Below, one piece after another: positions 20,928-30,658 of a stretch of DNA of 64,000 nt (positions are counted from its first letter, which is position 1; every line of letters starts with the position of its first letter). The stretch comes from Planctomycetota bacterium (GTDB lineage Bacteria; Planctomycetota; JAJSAM01; JAJVHW01), in the NCBI GenBank assembly GCA_965248445.1, contig CBDFJG010000003.1, forward strand, positions 736,001 through 800,000, given 5' to 3'. The notes beneath the pieces were generated by a model. That model was given only the letters and a program-made list of their open reading frames with translations. It was not told where the DNA came from and did not search any database. Both the position numbers and the translations under genes were made by a program.

Positions 20928-22052
20928 CTAGAGCACTCTCTGCAGGCCGAGGGCGACGACGCCGCAAACCGCGGTCGAGATCCAGAAGCTCATCACGACC
21001 CGCGACTCTGGCCAGCCCTTGAACTGCAGGTGGTGGTGGAACGGTGCGATCAAGAAGATCCGCTTGCCGCCGCGGGTGCGGAACGACCAGACCTGCAGGA
21101 TCACGGAGACGGCTTCCCACACGAACACCGCGCCGGCTACGGCGAGTAGGATCTCCTGGCGCATGGCGACCGCGGAGATCGCGAGCGCGCCGCCGAGCGC
21201 CATGCTGCCCGTGTTGCCCATGAACACCCGGGCGGGATGGCAGTTCCACCACAGGAACCCGCCGGTGCCGCCGGCGAGTGCACATAGGAACACCGAGAGT
21301 TCGCCGCCAGACGGAACGAAGACCTGACCGATGTGCGGCGCAACGCGCGCGTGACCCACCAGGTACGCGGCCACGGCGAGCACCAGCGTGACGATCACGC
21401 CGCACCCGGCCGCCAGCCCGTCCAGCCCGTCGGTCAGATTGACCGCGTTGCTGGTGGCGACGAGCACGAACACACCCAGCGCGACCACGGCCGGGCCCAG
21501 TGGCACCGCCGCGTCGACGAACGGGATGCGCAGGTCGCTCCATCCCGGCACACCCTGCATCGCCCGCCAGATCCAGAACATGGCCACGGCGCCGATCAGG
21601 ACCTGGCCCCAGATCTTGGGCCAGGCGTCCATGCCCTTGCGGAGTTTGGCCGGGTTCTTCGGGTCGGCGACACCCATGAGCTTGATGCGGTCGTCCATGC
21701 CGCCGAGCACGCCCATCGCGGTCATCGTCCAGAGGGCCGCGACGACCAGCGGTTGATCCAGTCGCGCGAACAACAGCGTCGCGAGCGCTGTCGAGAGCAC
21801 GAGGATCATCCCGCCCATCGTGGGCGTACCGCCCTTGCCGGCGGCGGCGCTGCGTCGGTTCAACTCGTCGCAGTCCGATGCGATTCGCTCGCGCCAACTC
21901 AGCTGCCCGAGCCGCTGGATGATCCCCGGGCCGATGATCAGCCCGATCAGGAACGCCATGAGTCCGGCGCAGAGTGCGCGGAAGTGGATCGACTCGAACG
22001 CGCGGAAGCTCTCCACGTGATCGGCGAGCGGAACGAGCAGGTGGTAGATCAC
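20928..22052 (-). CDS. mraY: Phospho-N-acetylmuramoyl-pentapeptide transferase
   Basis: KGGTPTMGG, DD, SNAVNLTDGLDGLA, FMGNTGS, APFHHH. Confidence 0.96.
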   Translation of the reverse strand: MIYHLLVPLADHVESFRAFESIHFRALCAGLMAFLIGLIIGPGIIQRLGQLSWRERIASDCDELNRRSAAAGKGGTPTMGGMILVLSTALATLLFARLDQPLVVAALWTMTAMGVLGGMDDRIKLMGVADPKNPAKLRKGMDAWPKIWGQVLIGAVAMFWIWRAMQGVPGWSDLRIPFVDAAVPLGPAVVALGVFVLVATSNAVNLTDGLDGLAAGCGVIVTLVLAVAAYLVGHARVAPHIGQVFVPSGGELSVFLCALAGGTGGFLWWNCHPARVFMGNTGSMALGGALAISAVAMRQEILLAVAGAVFVWEAVSVILQVWSFRTRGGKRIFLIAPFHHHLQFKGWPESRVVMSFWISTAVCGVVALGLQRVL

Positions 22053-22089
22053 CTCGCGCCCTCACGCGTCAGCTGGCTCCAACAGTCGT

Positions 22090-23523
22090 TCAAGAAACCC
22101 GCTCCGCGGCGCGAGCACGGCGCCTCTCGTTCCGGGTGGCGTTTCGGCGCGCGCGGGCGAGCCCCGTCGCGAGATTCTCGAGACGCAGGCTGCGGGACGC
22201 CTTGAACAGCGCCAGGTCGCCTTCGCCGAGCTGCACCAGTGGATCGCGCAACGCCGTGTCGACGTCGGGCGACCAGAAGACTTGCTCGGGGTGCAGTCCT
22301 GCCGACAACGCGCCCTCGTACGTGGCGCGAGATTCCGGCCCGACGCACCAGAGCACGTCCACACTCGCGGCGATCTCGCGCCCGCAGCCGTGGTGCATGC
22401 TCTCGGACTTGGGCCCGAGCTCTCGCATGTCACCCATCACCAGCACCCGGCGGCGCTCATCCGCTCTGGCAACCAGTTCCGACAGCGCGACGCGGAGGGA
22501 GTGCGGATTCGCGTTGTAGCAGTCGAGCAGCATCGGCACGCCCGCCATGCGGCGGCGTTCGAGACGCAACGGCGGGAGCTTGAGACGCCGCATCCCCGCT
22601 CGCGCCTCGTGCGGCGAGACCCCGAGCGACAACGCCACCGCCATGGCAGCCATCGCGTGCCGTGTGTTGTGCAGACCCATGACTGGAAGGAACAGACGCA
22701 TCTTCCCGTAAAGCCACACAGTCACGCCGCGGCGGGTGCGCTCGGCCTTCGAGCCCCACACGGTCGCGCGGCCCTCGCCCAGTCCGTACGTGACGACACG
22801 CGCGGACGTGCGCCGCACCATCGACACGCACCGATCGTCCTCACCGTTCAGGATGACGAGTCCGTCCTCGCCGATGGCGGCGGCGAGAGCACCCTTCTCC
22901 CAGGCCACACCGTCGACGCTGCCCAACCCCTCGAGGTGGGCGGGGGCGACGTTCGTGATGATGCCGACGTCCGGCCGGGCGATGTCGCAGAGATGGCGGA
23001 TCTCGCCCCGGCCGCTCGTGCCCATCTCCAGCACGAGCGCCGCTGTGTCCGCGTCGGCGGAGAGTACGGTGAGCGGCAGCCCGAGGTCGTTGTTGTACGA
23101 CCGCGGCGACTCCACGATCTTGCCGAGGGGCGCGATCGCCGCGGCGATGATCTCGCGCGCGGAACTCTTGCCGTTACTGCCGGTGATGGCGATGACCGGA
23201 CACTTGAGCGTGCGACGGTGCGCCGCCGCGAGATCGGCGAGGGCCTTCCGCGGGTACTTCACGCGCACGAGAGCACGATCGGCATACTCCTCGGGCAGAG
23301 GCGCCGCCCCCGGCTCGACGATCGCAGCGGCGGCGCCGCGACGGAGGGCGTCCGCCACGTGCGCGTGTCCGTGGGTCCGGGTCCCAGGCAGTGCGACGAA
23401 CAGGTCGCCCTCACCCACCTCGCGTGAATCGATCACCACACGGCGGATGCGGACGGAGTCACCCCGTCCTTCCAGAGCGCCCTGACAGAGGCGCGCCACC
23501 CGAGCCACGTCGAACTCGTACAT
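22090..23523 (-). CDS. murF: UDP-MurNAc-tripeptide--D-Ala-D-Ala ligase
   Basis: ITGSNGKS, NNDLGLP, EMG, DCYNANP, GDMRELG, KASR. Confidence 0.95.
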   Translation of the reverse strand: MYEFDVARVARLCQGALEGRGDSVRIRRVVIDSREVGEGDLFVALPGTRTHGHAHVADALRRGAAAAIVEPGAAPLPEEYADRALVRVKYPRKALADLAAAHRRTLKCPVIAITGSNGKSSAREIIAAAIAPLGKIVESPRSYNNDLGLPLTVLSADADTAALVLEMGTSGRGEIRHLCDIARPDVGIITNVAPAHLEGLGSVDGVAWEKGALAAAIGEDGLVILNGEDDRCVSMVRRTSARVVTYGLGEGRATVWGSKAERTRRGVTVWLYGKMRLFLPVMGLHNTRHAMAAMAVALSLGVSPHEARAGMRRLKLPPLRLERRRMAGVPMLLDCYNANPHSLRVALSELVARADERRRVLVMGDMRELGPKSESMHHGCGREIAASVDVLWCVGPESRATYEGALSAGLHPEQVFWSPDVDTALRDPLVQLGEGDLALFKASRSLRLENLATGLARARRNATRNERRRARAAERVS

Positions 23524-23596
23524 ATCCGGACCCTCCAGCCGGCGGTCGATCGTGCCCTAACCACTATTCTTGGTGGTTACCGGGACTTAGACCACC

Positions 23597-25108
23597 TTAT
23601 CTCGTGCCCAGGGCACTCCCCTGGGCTTGCATGACACCCGCCAATTCGGCCGCCGCGACGCGGCGGTCGTCGAAGGGCACGCGATCCGTGCCGAGCACTT
23701 GGTAGTCCTCGTGCCCCTTGCCGAGGATGGCGACGCAGTCGCCGACCTGGGCCCCGCGGACGGCCAGGCCGATGGCGGCCCGCCGATCCGGCTCGACACG
23801 CACGTTCCGCGCCCCGTAGACGCCGCCGAGCATGTCTTCGATGATCCCGGCCGGGTCCTCGGTCCGCGGGTTGTCCGACGTGAACCAGCACACGTCGGAC
23901 AGCTCCGCGGCGGCCCGCGCCATGCGCGGCCGCTTCGTCTTGTCGCGGTCACCGCCGCAGCCCACCACGGTCAGGAGCCGCCCGGGGACGACCTGCCGCA
24001 GGTTGCGCAGCACGTTCGCGACCGCGTCGTCCGTGTGGGCGTAGTCGACCACGACCGTGAACGGCTGGCCGACATCCACGGCCTCGAGCCGGCCGGGCAC
24101 GCCCCTGACGGCGCTCAACCCGTCGGCCACCGCCTGTACCGGTAAGCCCATCCCCGTGAGCACCGCGGCGGCCCCGAGCAGGTTCATGACGTTGTACCGA
24201 CCGAGCAGCGGGCTGCTGAGCGGGGCGGAACCGTGCGGCGTGACGAGTTCGAAACGCACGCCTTCGGCGCCGAACACCAGGTCGCGCGCGGTCACGTGCG
24301 GGCTCGACGGGGCGTCGAGCCCGTAGCGCACCACAGTGGCCTGCACTCCGCGGGACATCGTCGCGGCGTACGGATCCTCCGAGTTCACCGCCATGACGGC
24401 GTCGGCGCCGAGACTGCGGAAGAGCTGCGCCTTCGACTCGGCGTACTCCTCCATGGACCCGTGGTAGTCGAGGTGGTCACCGGAGAGGTTCGTGAACACT
24501 GCGCCGGCGAACTCCAGGTCCGCGGTGCGGCGCTGGTTGAGCGCGTGGCTCGAGACCTCCAACGCGGCGGCGGCGCAGCCGGCCGCGCGCGCGGCCGACA
24601 GCAGGCGGTGCAACTCGTCCGCGCCCGGTGTCGTGTTCGGCGCCGGCCGCGTCTCGCCCGGCCACTCGTACGCAATCGTCCCGAGGAGTGCGCACGGTCC
24701 GCGGCCGGCGTGCTCGAGCGCGGCGCGCAACAGGTACGTCGTGGTGGTCTTGCCGTTCGTGCCGGTGACGCCGACCAGGTTGAGCTCCCGCGACGGGTGG
24801 CCGTGGAACGCAGCGGCGAGGCGCGCGAGCGCTCCGCGCGTGTCGTCCACCCGCAGGACGGGGACGGGGAGCTCACCCAGCACGGCCCCGCGCGGCGCGA
24901 CGACGACCACGGCGCCCCGGGCGGCGGCTTCGGCCGCGTAGCGGGCACCGTCCTCGTGCGTGCCGCGCAGCACGACGAAGACGTGGCCGGTCTCCACGCG
25001 CCGGCTGTCGCAGACGACGCCGGTGACAGCAGACGGGACTGGCGGCGGCACAACCCCGGGCAGGGCGTCAGCCGCGAGGTCCTCGAACAGGATCGAGCGC
25101 GAGATCAT
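23597..25108 (-). CDS. murE: MurE ligase (meso-DAP type)
   Basis: GVTGTNGKTTT, EVSSH, DHLDYH, DYAHT, GCGGDRD, DNPR, GKGHE. Confidence 0.96.
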   Translation of the reverse strand: MISRSILFEDLAADALPGVVPPPVPSAVTGVVCDSRRVETGHVFVVLRGTHEDGARYAAEAAARGAVVVVAPRGAVLGELPVPVLRVDDTRGALARLAAAFHGHPSRELNLVGVTGTNGKTTTTYLLRAALEHAGRGPCALLGTIAYEWPGETRPAPNTTPGADELHRLLSAARAAGCAAAALEVSSHALNQRRTADLEFAGAVFTNLSGDHLDYHGSMEEYAESKAQLFRSLGADAVMAVNSEDPYAATMSRGVQATVVRYGLDAPSSPHVTARDLVFGAEGVRFELVTPHGSAPLSSPLLGRYNVMNLLGAAAVLTGMGLPVQAVADGLSAVRGVPGRLEAVDVGQPFTVVVDYAHTDDAVANVLRNLRQVVPGRLLTVVGCGGDRDKTKRPRMARAAAELSDVCWFTSDNPRTEDPAGIIEDMLGGVYGARNVRVEPDRRAAIGLAVRGAQVGDCVAILGKGHEDYQVLGTDRVPFDDRRVAAAELAGVMQAQGSALGTR

Positions 25109-26901
25109 CGGTGTTGCACCTCACGGGACGGATTCGCGTGGAAGTACGCGGGTGCGGCGTCGCCGGCCCGGAGCTCCCGGGGCTTGTCCGGCGCGACGTC
25201 GTAGCGGCGCAGGGCGATGTGCAGGGCCTCCATCGCGGCGGGCGCGGCGATGTCGCCGCCGTAGTGCTTCTTGCCGGTCGGGCGGTCGGCCAGGACCAGC
25301 ACGGCGAAGCGGGGCTCCGAAACAGGGCCGAAGCACGCAAAGGACGCAATGTGCCCGACGACGCCCTCGCCCTTTCGCAGAACCTCGGCCGTGCCGGTCT
25401 TGCCGGCGACGCGGTAGCCGCGTGTATCGATGCGACGCGCGGTCCCCTCGGTCAGGACCGCCTCCATCATCGGGACGATGTCGCGGATGGCGCGCGGGGA
25501 CGCGACCCGCACCGGCGGCATCGGCGGGGCGTCCGCGAACAGCCGCGGGCGATGCAGCAAGCCGCCGTTCGCGATCGCGCCGTACGCCATGAGCATCTGC
25601 ACCGGAGTGACGGAGATCTCCTGGCCGAACGCCACGGAGCAGAGCGTGTAGACCTCGGACCACTTGCGGTCGGCCGTCATCAGGCCTGCCGACTCACCGG
25701 GCCAGCGCGCGCCGGTCTTGCGACCGAATCCGAACCGCTTCACACCGGCGCGCATCTGCTCGATGCCGGTCCGCAGCGCGATCTGGGCCATCCCGACGTT
25801 CGATGAGAGGGCGATGACACCGGCCGGAGTGAGCCGCCCGAGGTCCTTGTGCTTGTCCTCGCGGATCGTCCGGGTGGACAACTCGAGACGCCCCCCCGTG
25901 CAGTCGATCGTCTCGCCGGGCCGCACGGCGTCTGCGTCCAGCGCGATCGTCATCGCGATCGGCTTGAACACGCTGCCCAGCGCGTAGGTGTCCGTGAAGA
26001 AGGCGCTCTTTTGGGCTGCGATGTCTGACTGGGCGATGTCGTTCGGGTCGAACGTGGGTCGGGACGTGACCGCGAGCAGCTCCCCGTTCCGCACGTCGAG
26101 CACTGCCGCCACCACGGAGTGCGGTCCGTGCTCCGCGACGATCGCATCCGCGAGGCGCTCGATGTCTTGCTGCAGGACCGCGTCGATCGTGAGACGCACG
26201 TCTTCGCCGGGTACCGCGGGCTCCGTCTCGTGGTCTCCCAGCCGCACCGTCCGGCGGCGGACGTCGCGGCGGGTCTGGAGGCTCCCGCGCTTGCCGCGCA
26301 GCCGGCCGTCGGCGAGTCGCTCGGCGCCGGCCACGCCGCGCGGTCCGTCCTGCTCCTCGAGTGTGAAGCCGATGGTCTGCGCGGCCAAGCTGCCGCAGGG
26401 GTAGACGCGCACTGGTTCGTGCACGATCGAGACGCCGCGGACCGACTCCTCGCTCAGACGGCGCCGCAACTCGGTCACCTTGGAGTGGTCCTTGATCTTG
26501 CGTTGCACGTACGCGAACTGGCGTTCTGTGCGCTTGCCGGTACGGGTACTACGTCGCCACCGGTCGTCGAGCTGTTCGCTCGCATCGCAGTCCAGGACGT
26601 CGCGCAGGATTCGCACGATTTTCTCGCGCTCACCCGGCTTCCCCGCGACGTACTTCGGATCCACGCCCACCGACGCGCGGTAGACGTTCTTGGCGAGAAG
26701 CCGCCCTCGGCGATCTGTAAGTGCGCCCCGCGGCGCGTGCACGTCCTCGCGAACGAGTCGGTGCTGGCGCTCCGCGGTGAGTGCGTGCTTCTCACAATCA
26801 CGAAGCTGGATGGCAGCGAGGCGCACAAGGAGGGCCAGCAACGCGACGACCAGGACTCCGAGTCCCAGTGCCGCCCGTAGCTGGAAGCGCGCAGACGTCA
26901 T
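25105..26901 (-). CDS. ftsI: Class B penicillin-binding protein FtsI
   Basis: N-terminal TM, RG..TDRRG, LTID, SVFK, SSN, KTGTA. Confidence 0.92.
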   Translation of the reverse strand: MTSARFQLRAALGLGVLVVALLALLVRLAAIQLRDCEKHALTAERQHRLVREDVHAPRGALTDRRGRLLAKNVYRASVGVDPKYVAGKPGEREKIVRILRDVLDCDASEQLDDRWRRSTRTGKRTERQFAYVQRKIKDHSKVTELRRRLSEESVRGVSIVHEPVRVYPCGSLAAQTIGFTLEEQDGPRGVAGAERLADGRLRGKRGSLQTRRDVRRRTVRLGDHETEPAVPGEDVRLTIDAVLQQDIERLADAIVAEHGPHSVVAAVLDVRNGELLAVTSRPTFDPNDIAQSDIAAQKSAFFTDTYALGSVFKPIAMTIALDADAVRPGETIDCTGGRLELSTRTIREDKHKDLGRLTPAGVIALSSNVGMAQIALRTGIEQMRAGVKRFGFGRKTGARWPGESAGLMTADRKWSEVYTLCSVAFGQEISVTPVQMLMAYGAIANGGLLHRPRLFADAPPMPPVRVASPRAIRDIVPMMEAVLTEGTARRIDTRGYRVAGKTGTAEVLRKGEGVVGHIASFACFGPVSEPRFAVLVLADRPTGKKHYGGDIAAPAAMEALHIALRRYDVAPDKPRELRAGDAAPAYFHANPSREVQHR

Positions 26902-27278
26902 CGCGCACCTCCAGGCCGCTGAACTGCCTCGTGGCCCCGACGCCGGTCGTCGTAGCGCGTCTCTTCGGACGGGGCGCCGCGACGAAGGCGCGCGTCCAGG
27001 TCGATCGTGGCGTCGCGCCCATCCCCGGGCACGGCGAGCTGAAGGTCGAGTTGCTCGGCGCGTTCGAGCACGCGTCCGGGCGCCGACGCCTCGGCGCACT
27101 CGGACATCAGGCGGTCGTACTCGCGCTGCAGGCGCTCGGTGCGGCGCACCTCGCGGTCGAGTTCGTAACCGGCGCCCACATGCTGCGCGTGCGTCGCGAC
27201 CGTGGCGATCGCCGTCAGCCCGAGCGCAATGGCTGCGATGGGAAGCAGTCCACGGCGGGCGGGGCCGCTCCCGCTCAT
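26898..27278 (-). CDS. ftsL: FtsL-like protein
   Basis: Small TM plus coiled-coil protein between rsmH and ftsI, overlapping both by 4 bp. Confidence 0.65.
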   Translation of the reverse strand: MSGSGPARRGLLPIAAIALGLTAIATVATHAQHVGAGYELDREVRRTERLQREYDRLMSECAEASAPGRVLERAEQLDLQLAVPGDGRDATIDLDARLRRGAPSEETRYDDRRRGHEAVQRPGGAR

Positions 27279-28177
27279 GCCGCGAGCACCTCGGCCGCGC
27301 GCAGGCGCGCTGACCGGCTGCGGGGGTTGGCGCTCAGCTCGGGCTTGCCCGGCGTCGCGTCGGGCAGGACCCGCACGCGTCCGGCGGCCCGTCCCCGCTG
27401 GAAGAACCGCTTCACCAACCGGTCCTCGAGTCGGTGGAACGTGAGCACAGCCATGCGACCGCCCTCGCGCACGCACCCGAGCACGGCCGGAAGACCGCGC
27501 TCGAGCCGGCCGAGTTCGTCGTTGACCACGATGCGGAGCGCCTGGAAGACCCGCGTCGCGGGGTGCAGGCGCCCGCGGCGGCCGCCCACGGCCTGCGCTA
27601 CGCACTCGGCCAGTCGCAGGGTGTCGCGGAACGGGGCGCGCCGCCGCTCGTTCACGATCGCTCGGGCGACGGTGCGGGCGCGCGGCTCCTCGCCGAAGCG
27701 CGAGAACACGTCGGCGAGCGCGTCCTCGTCGCGGGTGTTCACGACGTCGGCGGCACTCAGCTTCGCTGCCGCGTCCATGCGCATGTCAAGGGGCCCGGGG
27801 GCTTGGAAGCTGAACCCGCGCGCGGCCGTGTCAAGCTGCAGGCTGGACGCGCCGAGGTCGAGCAGGGCGCCGTCGACCGCGGACAGTCCTGCGGCCGCGA
27901 CCGCCGCCGCGGCGTCCTCGTAGCTTCCGTGGTGCAGCAGGTCCGCACGTCCCGGGAACGCCTCGTCGAGACGTGCACGCGCCGCGTCGAGTGCGTACCG
28001 GTCACGGTCGATTCCCACGACGCGACCGACCGCACCCGCGTCCCGCGTCCGTGCGAGCCAGCCGGACGCATGCCCTCCCAGGCCGAGCGTTCCGTCGAGG
28101 AGCGTGGCTCCCGCTCCCGGCGCGAGGACGGCGAGCGTCTCCTCGAGCAGCACGGGAACGTGGGCCACGGACGTCAC
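27275..28177 (-). CDS. rsmH: 16S rRNA m4C1402 methyltransferase
   Basis: HVPVLL, DGTLGLGGH, DLGASS, LDMRMD, FQALRI, NPRSRSARLR. Confidence 0.96.
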   Translation of the reverse strand: MTSVAHVPVLLEETLAVLAPGAGATLLDGTLGLGGHASGWLARTRDAGAVGRVVGIDRDRYALDAARARLDEAFPGRADLLHHGSYEDAAAAVAAAGLSAVDGALLDLGASSLQLDTAARGFSFQAPGPLDMRMDAAAKLSAADVVNTRDEDALADVFSRFGEEPRARTVARAIVNERRRAPFRDTLRLAECVAQAVGGRRGRLHPATRVFQALRIVVNDELGRLERGLPAVLGCVREGGRMAVLTFHRLEDRLVKRFFQRGRAAGRVRVLPDATPGKPELSANPRSRSARLRAAEVLAA

Positions 28178-28659
28178 TCAGCCGCACTCCCGCCGGCCGC
28201 GGCGTACGACGCATCGGCCAGACGCCGCGCGAATTCTTCGTCGGTGAGTGCGGTGTCGCCGTAGCGGTCCGCGGCCCAGATCTGGATGTAGCGTCCGGTA
28301 CCGCACACGGTCACCTGGATGCTGTTCTCTGCCTGTCCCTTCCTCTTCGTCTGCTTCGGATCCGGAATGCCCGCCAGCCGGCGCGCGTGCTCGTCGAGCA
28401 GAACGCGGCCCGCCTGGTCCAGCGGGCGCGCCTGGCAGTGGTGATAGAATTCGCCGGGCACGGGCGACGGATACGACGCCGCGAGCCGATCGCACACCGT
28501 GTCCCAGTAGCTCTTCGGGAGGAGCCAGATGCATCCCCGCTGTCCGGGCGCGAGCACGACCTCCCGCCGGTCCACGTCCGCGAGCCGAGCCACGAACTCG
28601 GCCGGGAGGGACACACGCCCCTTCGGATCGAGTCGACGGTCGTACCGGCCCACGAACAC
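28174..28659 (-). CDS. mraZ: Division/cell wall cluster repressor MraZ
   Basis: Two DxxGR motifs (LDPKGRV, LDQAGRV), QIW; first gene of dcw. Confidence 0.88.
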   Translation of the reverse strand: MFVGRYDRRLDPKGRVSLPAEFVARLADVDRREVVLAPGQRGCIWLLPKSYWDTVCDRLAASYPSPVPGEFYHHCQARPLDQAGRVLLDEHARRLAGIPDPKQTKRKGQAENSIQVTVCGTGRYIQIWAADRYGDTALTDEEFARRLADASYAAAGGSAAE

Positions 28660-28743
28660 CCGAGTGCACCTCCGTCGGGTACCCCGCGACCCCACCGGCC
28701 GACGACCACCCCCGCGGGCCGGCCCCTCCCCCGAGGAGGAGCA

Positions 28744-28777
28744 CCACTATCTCCCACGCCGTCCCACTTTACTCCAC
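28744..28777 (-). promoter_or_regulatory. MraZ-binding array: four GTGG boxes at 10-bp period
   Basis: CCAC on + strand at 28744, 28754, 28764, 28774, upstream of mraZ. Confidence 0.8.
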
Positions 28778-28865
28778 CAGGTCGGCGGGCGCAACGGTCC
28801 GAATCGGGCGAAATCTGCTGATCCCCGGCCTCAGCTTGTCGTAAATCGCTGACAGGTAACGACTC

Positions 28866-30521
28866 GTGGCGTCCGAGCATCCCGAGCCGCCGAATTCCCA
28901 CCCGCCTCCGCGATCTCCTCGGCACGGCGCGTCGGATGCCGCCGGCGACCCCGTTGCGGCGAGCGCCAGCCGCCTGCGGGCTCTCGTCCCCCATCTGGCA
29001 GTCCTGGCCGGCGCCCTCCTCGTCCACGGGTGGCTGCAGGCCTCCACGGACGGTTTCCCCGACCGGGACGCCCGTCTGCACGGACGGCTCGCGGCGCTCA
29101 TCGCCGCCGGAGACGCACCGTGGCACGGACTCGAGTTTCCGTGGCTCACCACCAGCGCGTACGCGGACCGGCCGCTCGACTGGAGTCTCGGGTGGCACCT
29201 GCTCCTCGTTCCGTTCGTGGCTGCATTCGGCGCACTCACCGGACTGAAGATCGCCGTCGCTTTGCAGGCGTCGCTGCTCACCGCGGCGTTCCACGCCGTG
29301 CTGCGCGGTCTGCGGGTGCGCGGTGCCGTCCTCTGGACAGTCGCGTTCGTGATGGTCTTTCCCGTCTGGCTGCATCGCATTCACATGGGCCGCCCGACAC
29401 CGCTCGTGATCGTCGCGCTGCTCGCGCTCGCGTACGCCCTCCTGCAACGGCGCGCGCTGCTCGCGGCGGCGATGGCGGCGGCATCGATGCTCCTGTACCA
29501 CGTGCCCGCACCGCCGCTGCTCGTGGCCGGTGCAATCCTCGGTGCGACGTGGTGGACGGACCGGCGTGCGCCAGTCCGACTCGCCGGCGCCGTGCTGGCG
29601 GGACTGTTCCTGGGCCTCGTCCTGCACCCCGGGTTCCACGACGTGCGGGGCGGTGCGCCATGGCTCGACCGGGGCAGCTTCGCGCTGTGGAACCTGATGG
29701 CGGACTCGCTCGAGTTCGGGCGGCGGGGCGGGCACGTGGTGATGTCCGACGGCGACCGATTCGGGCTGCCGGTGCCGTTGGAGCTCGGCACGCCGTCGCT
29801 GGGAGTGTTGTGGCGGGAGATGCACGGCGCTCTTCTCGCGACGGCGTGCGCCCTGCTGTTGCTGCTGCGGCGCCGCGGACGAACGGCGCTCGCGACGGCC
29901 GCCCTCGCAGCGGCGCTGCTGGCGGTGACGACGCGCTCGGGACGCCTGTTCGAGTACTGGCACCCGTTCGCGATGCTCGCGGCCGCGGTCGCCATCAGCG
30001 GACCGGAGGGATTCGTCGATCGTGTGTCACGCCGCGTCGTGTGGACGGTAGCAATCGCAGCGGCGCTGCTGAACGTCCGTGCACTCCCCGGCCTGCTCGA
30101 GAAGTACAATCCGGACGACACCGCCGACTGCCGCGCCGCGCTGCGGGTGATCGATTCCATCGCGAGTCCCGGCGACGTCTGCTGGATCGGGAACTTCGCG
30201 GACTTCGCGCCGGCGTTCTTCCACGCGCCGCGCCTGCGCTACCCGGTGGGGATGGACTCGTACTACCTCCTCGCGCACGACGCGGAGAAAGCGCGCGAAT
30301 TCGTGCGGATCGGCACGGCCCACGCGCGGGGTGACGAACTACGCTTCCTGCTCACGCGGCGCTTCGACGCGCGATTCGTGCTGCTCTGGAACCCGCGCAC
30401 GAAGGGGGAGCGCGAGGCGCCGTATCTCGAGCTCTACACCGAACTGCGCGAGGCGCCGTGGGCGACCGAACTGCACGCCGATGAAGCATGCGCCGCGTTC
30501 GAGCTGTCACCGTGGGAGTGA
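28866..30521 (+). CDS. Polytopic membrane protein, possibly GT-C-type glycosyltransferase
   Basis: About 10 TM segments, acidic D-x-D loop after TM1, C-terminal soluble domain. Confidence 0.6.
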   Translation: MASEHPEPPNSHPPPRSPRHGASDAAGDPVAASASRLRALVPHLAVLAGALLVHGWLQASTDGFPDRDARLHGRLAALIAAGDAPWHGLEFPWLTTSAYADRPLDWSLGWHLLLVPFVAAFGALTGLKIAVALQASLLTAAFHAVLRGLRVRGAVLWTVAFVMVFPVWLHRIHMGRPTPLVIVALLALAYALLQRRALLAAAMAAASMLLYHVPAPPLLVAGAILGATWWTDRRAPVRLAGAVLAGLFLGLVLHPGFHDVRGGAPWLDRGSFALWNLMADSLEFGRRGGHVVMSDGDRFGLPVPLELGTPSLGVLWREMHGALLATACALLLLLRRRGRTALATAALAAALLAVTTRSGRLFEYWHPFAMLAAAVAISGPEGFVDRVSRRVVWTVAIAAALLNVRALPGLLEKYNPDDTADCRAALRVIDSIASPGDVCWIGNFADFAPAFFHAPRLRYPVGMDSYYLLAHDAEKAREFVRIGTAHARGDELRFLLTRRFDARFVLLWNPRTKGEREAPYLELYTELREAPWATELHADEACAAFELSPWE

Positions 30522-30658
30522 ACGAGCGGCGCGAGCGAACGCCCGCGACCGCAGCGTGCGTGCCAGCACGCGCGGGGCGAACGACATGAACAATGTCGTT
30601 TGCAGCGGGAGCGCGAACAGTCCAAGCGGATCGCGGGAACCGCGCCCCCACGCACGGA

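Noticed and set aside
28840..28866. Dyad or dif-like site near mraZ (also the AT-richer hairpin near 23558-23579)
   Set aside because: Symmetry is weak and there is no match to the dif consensus
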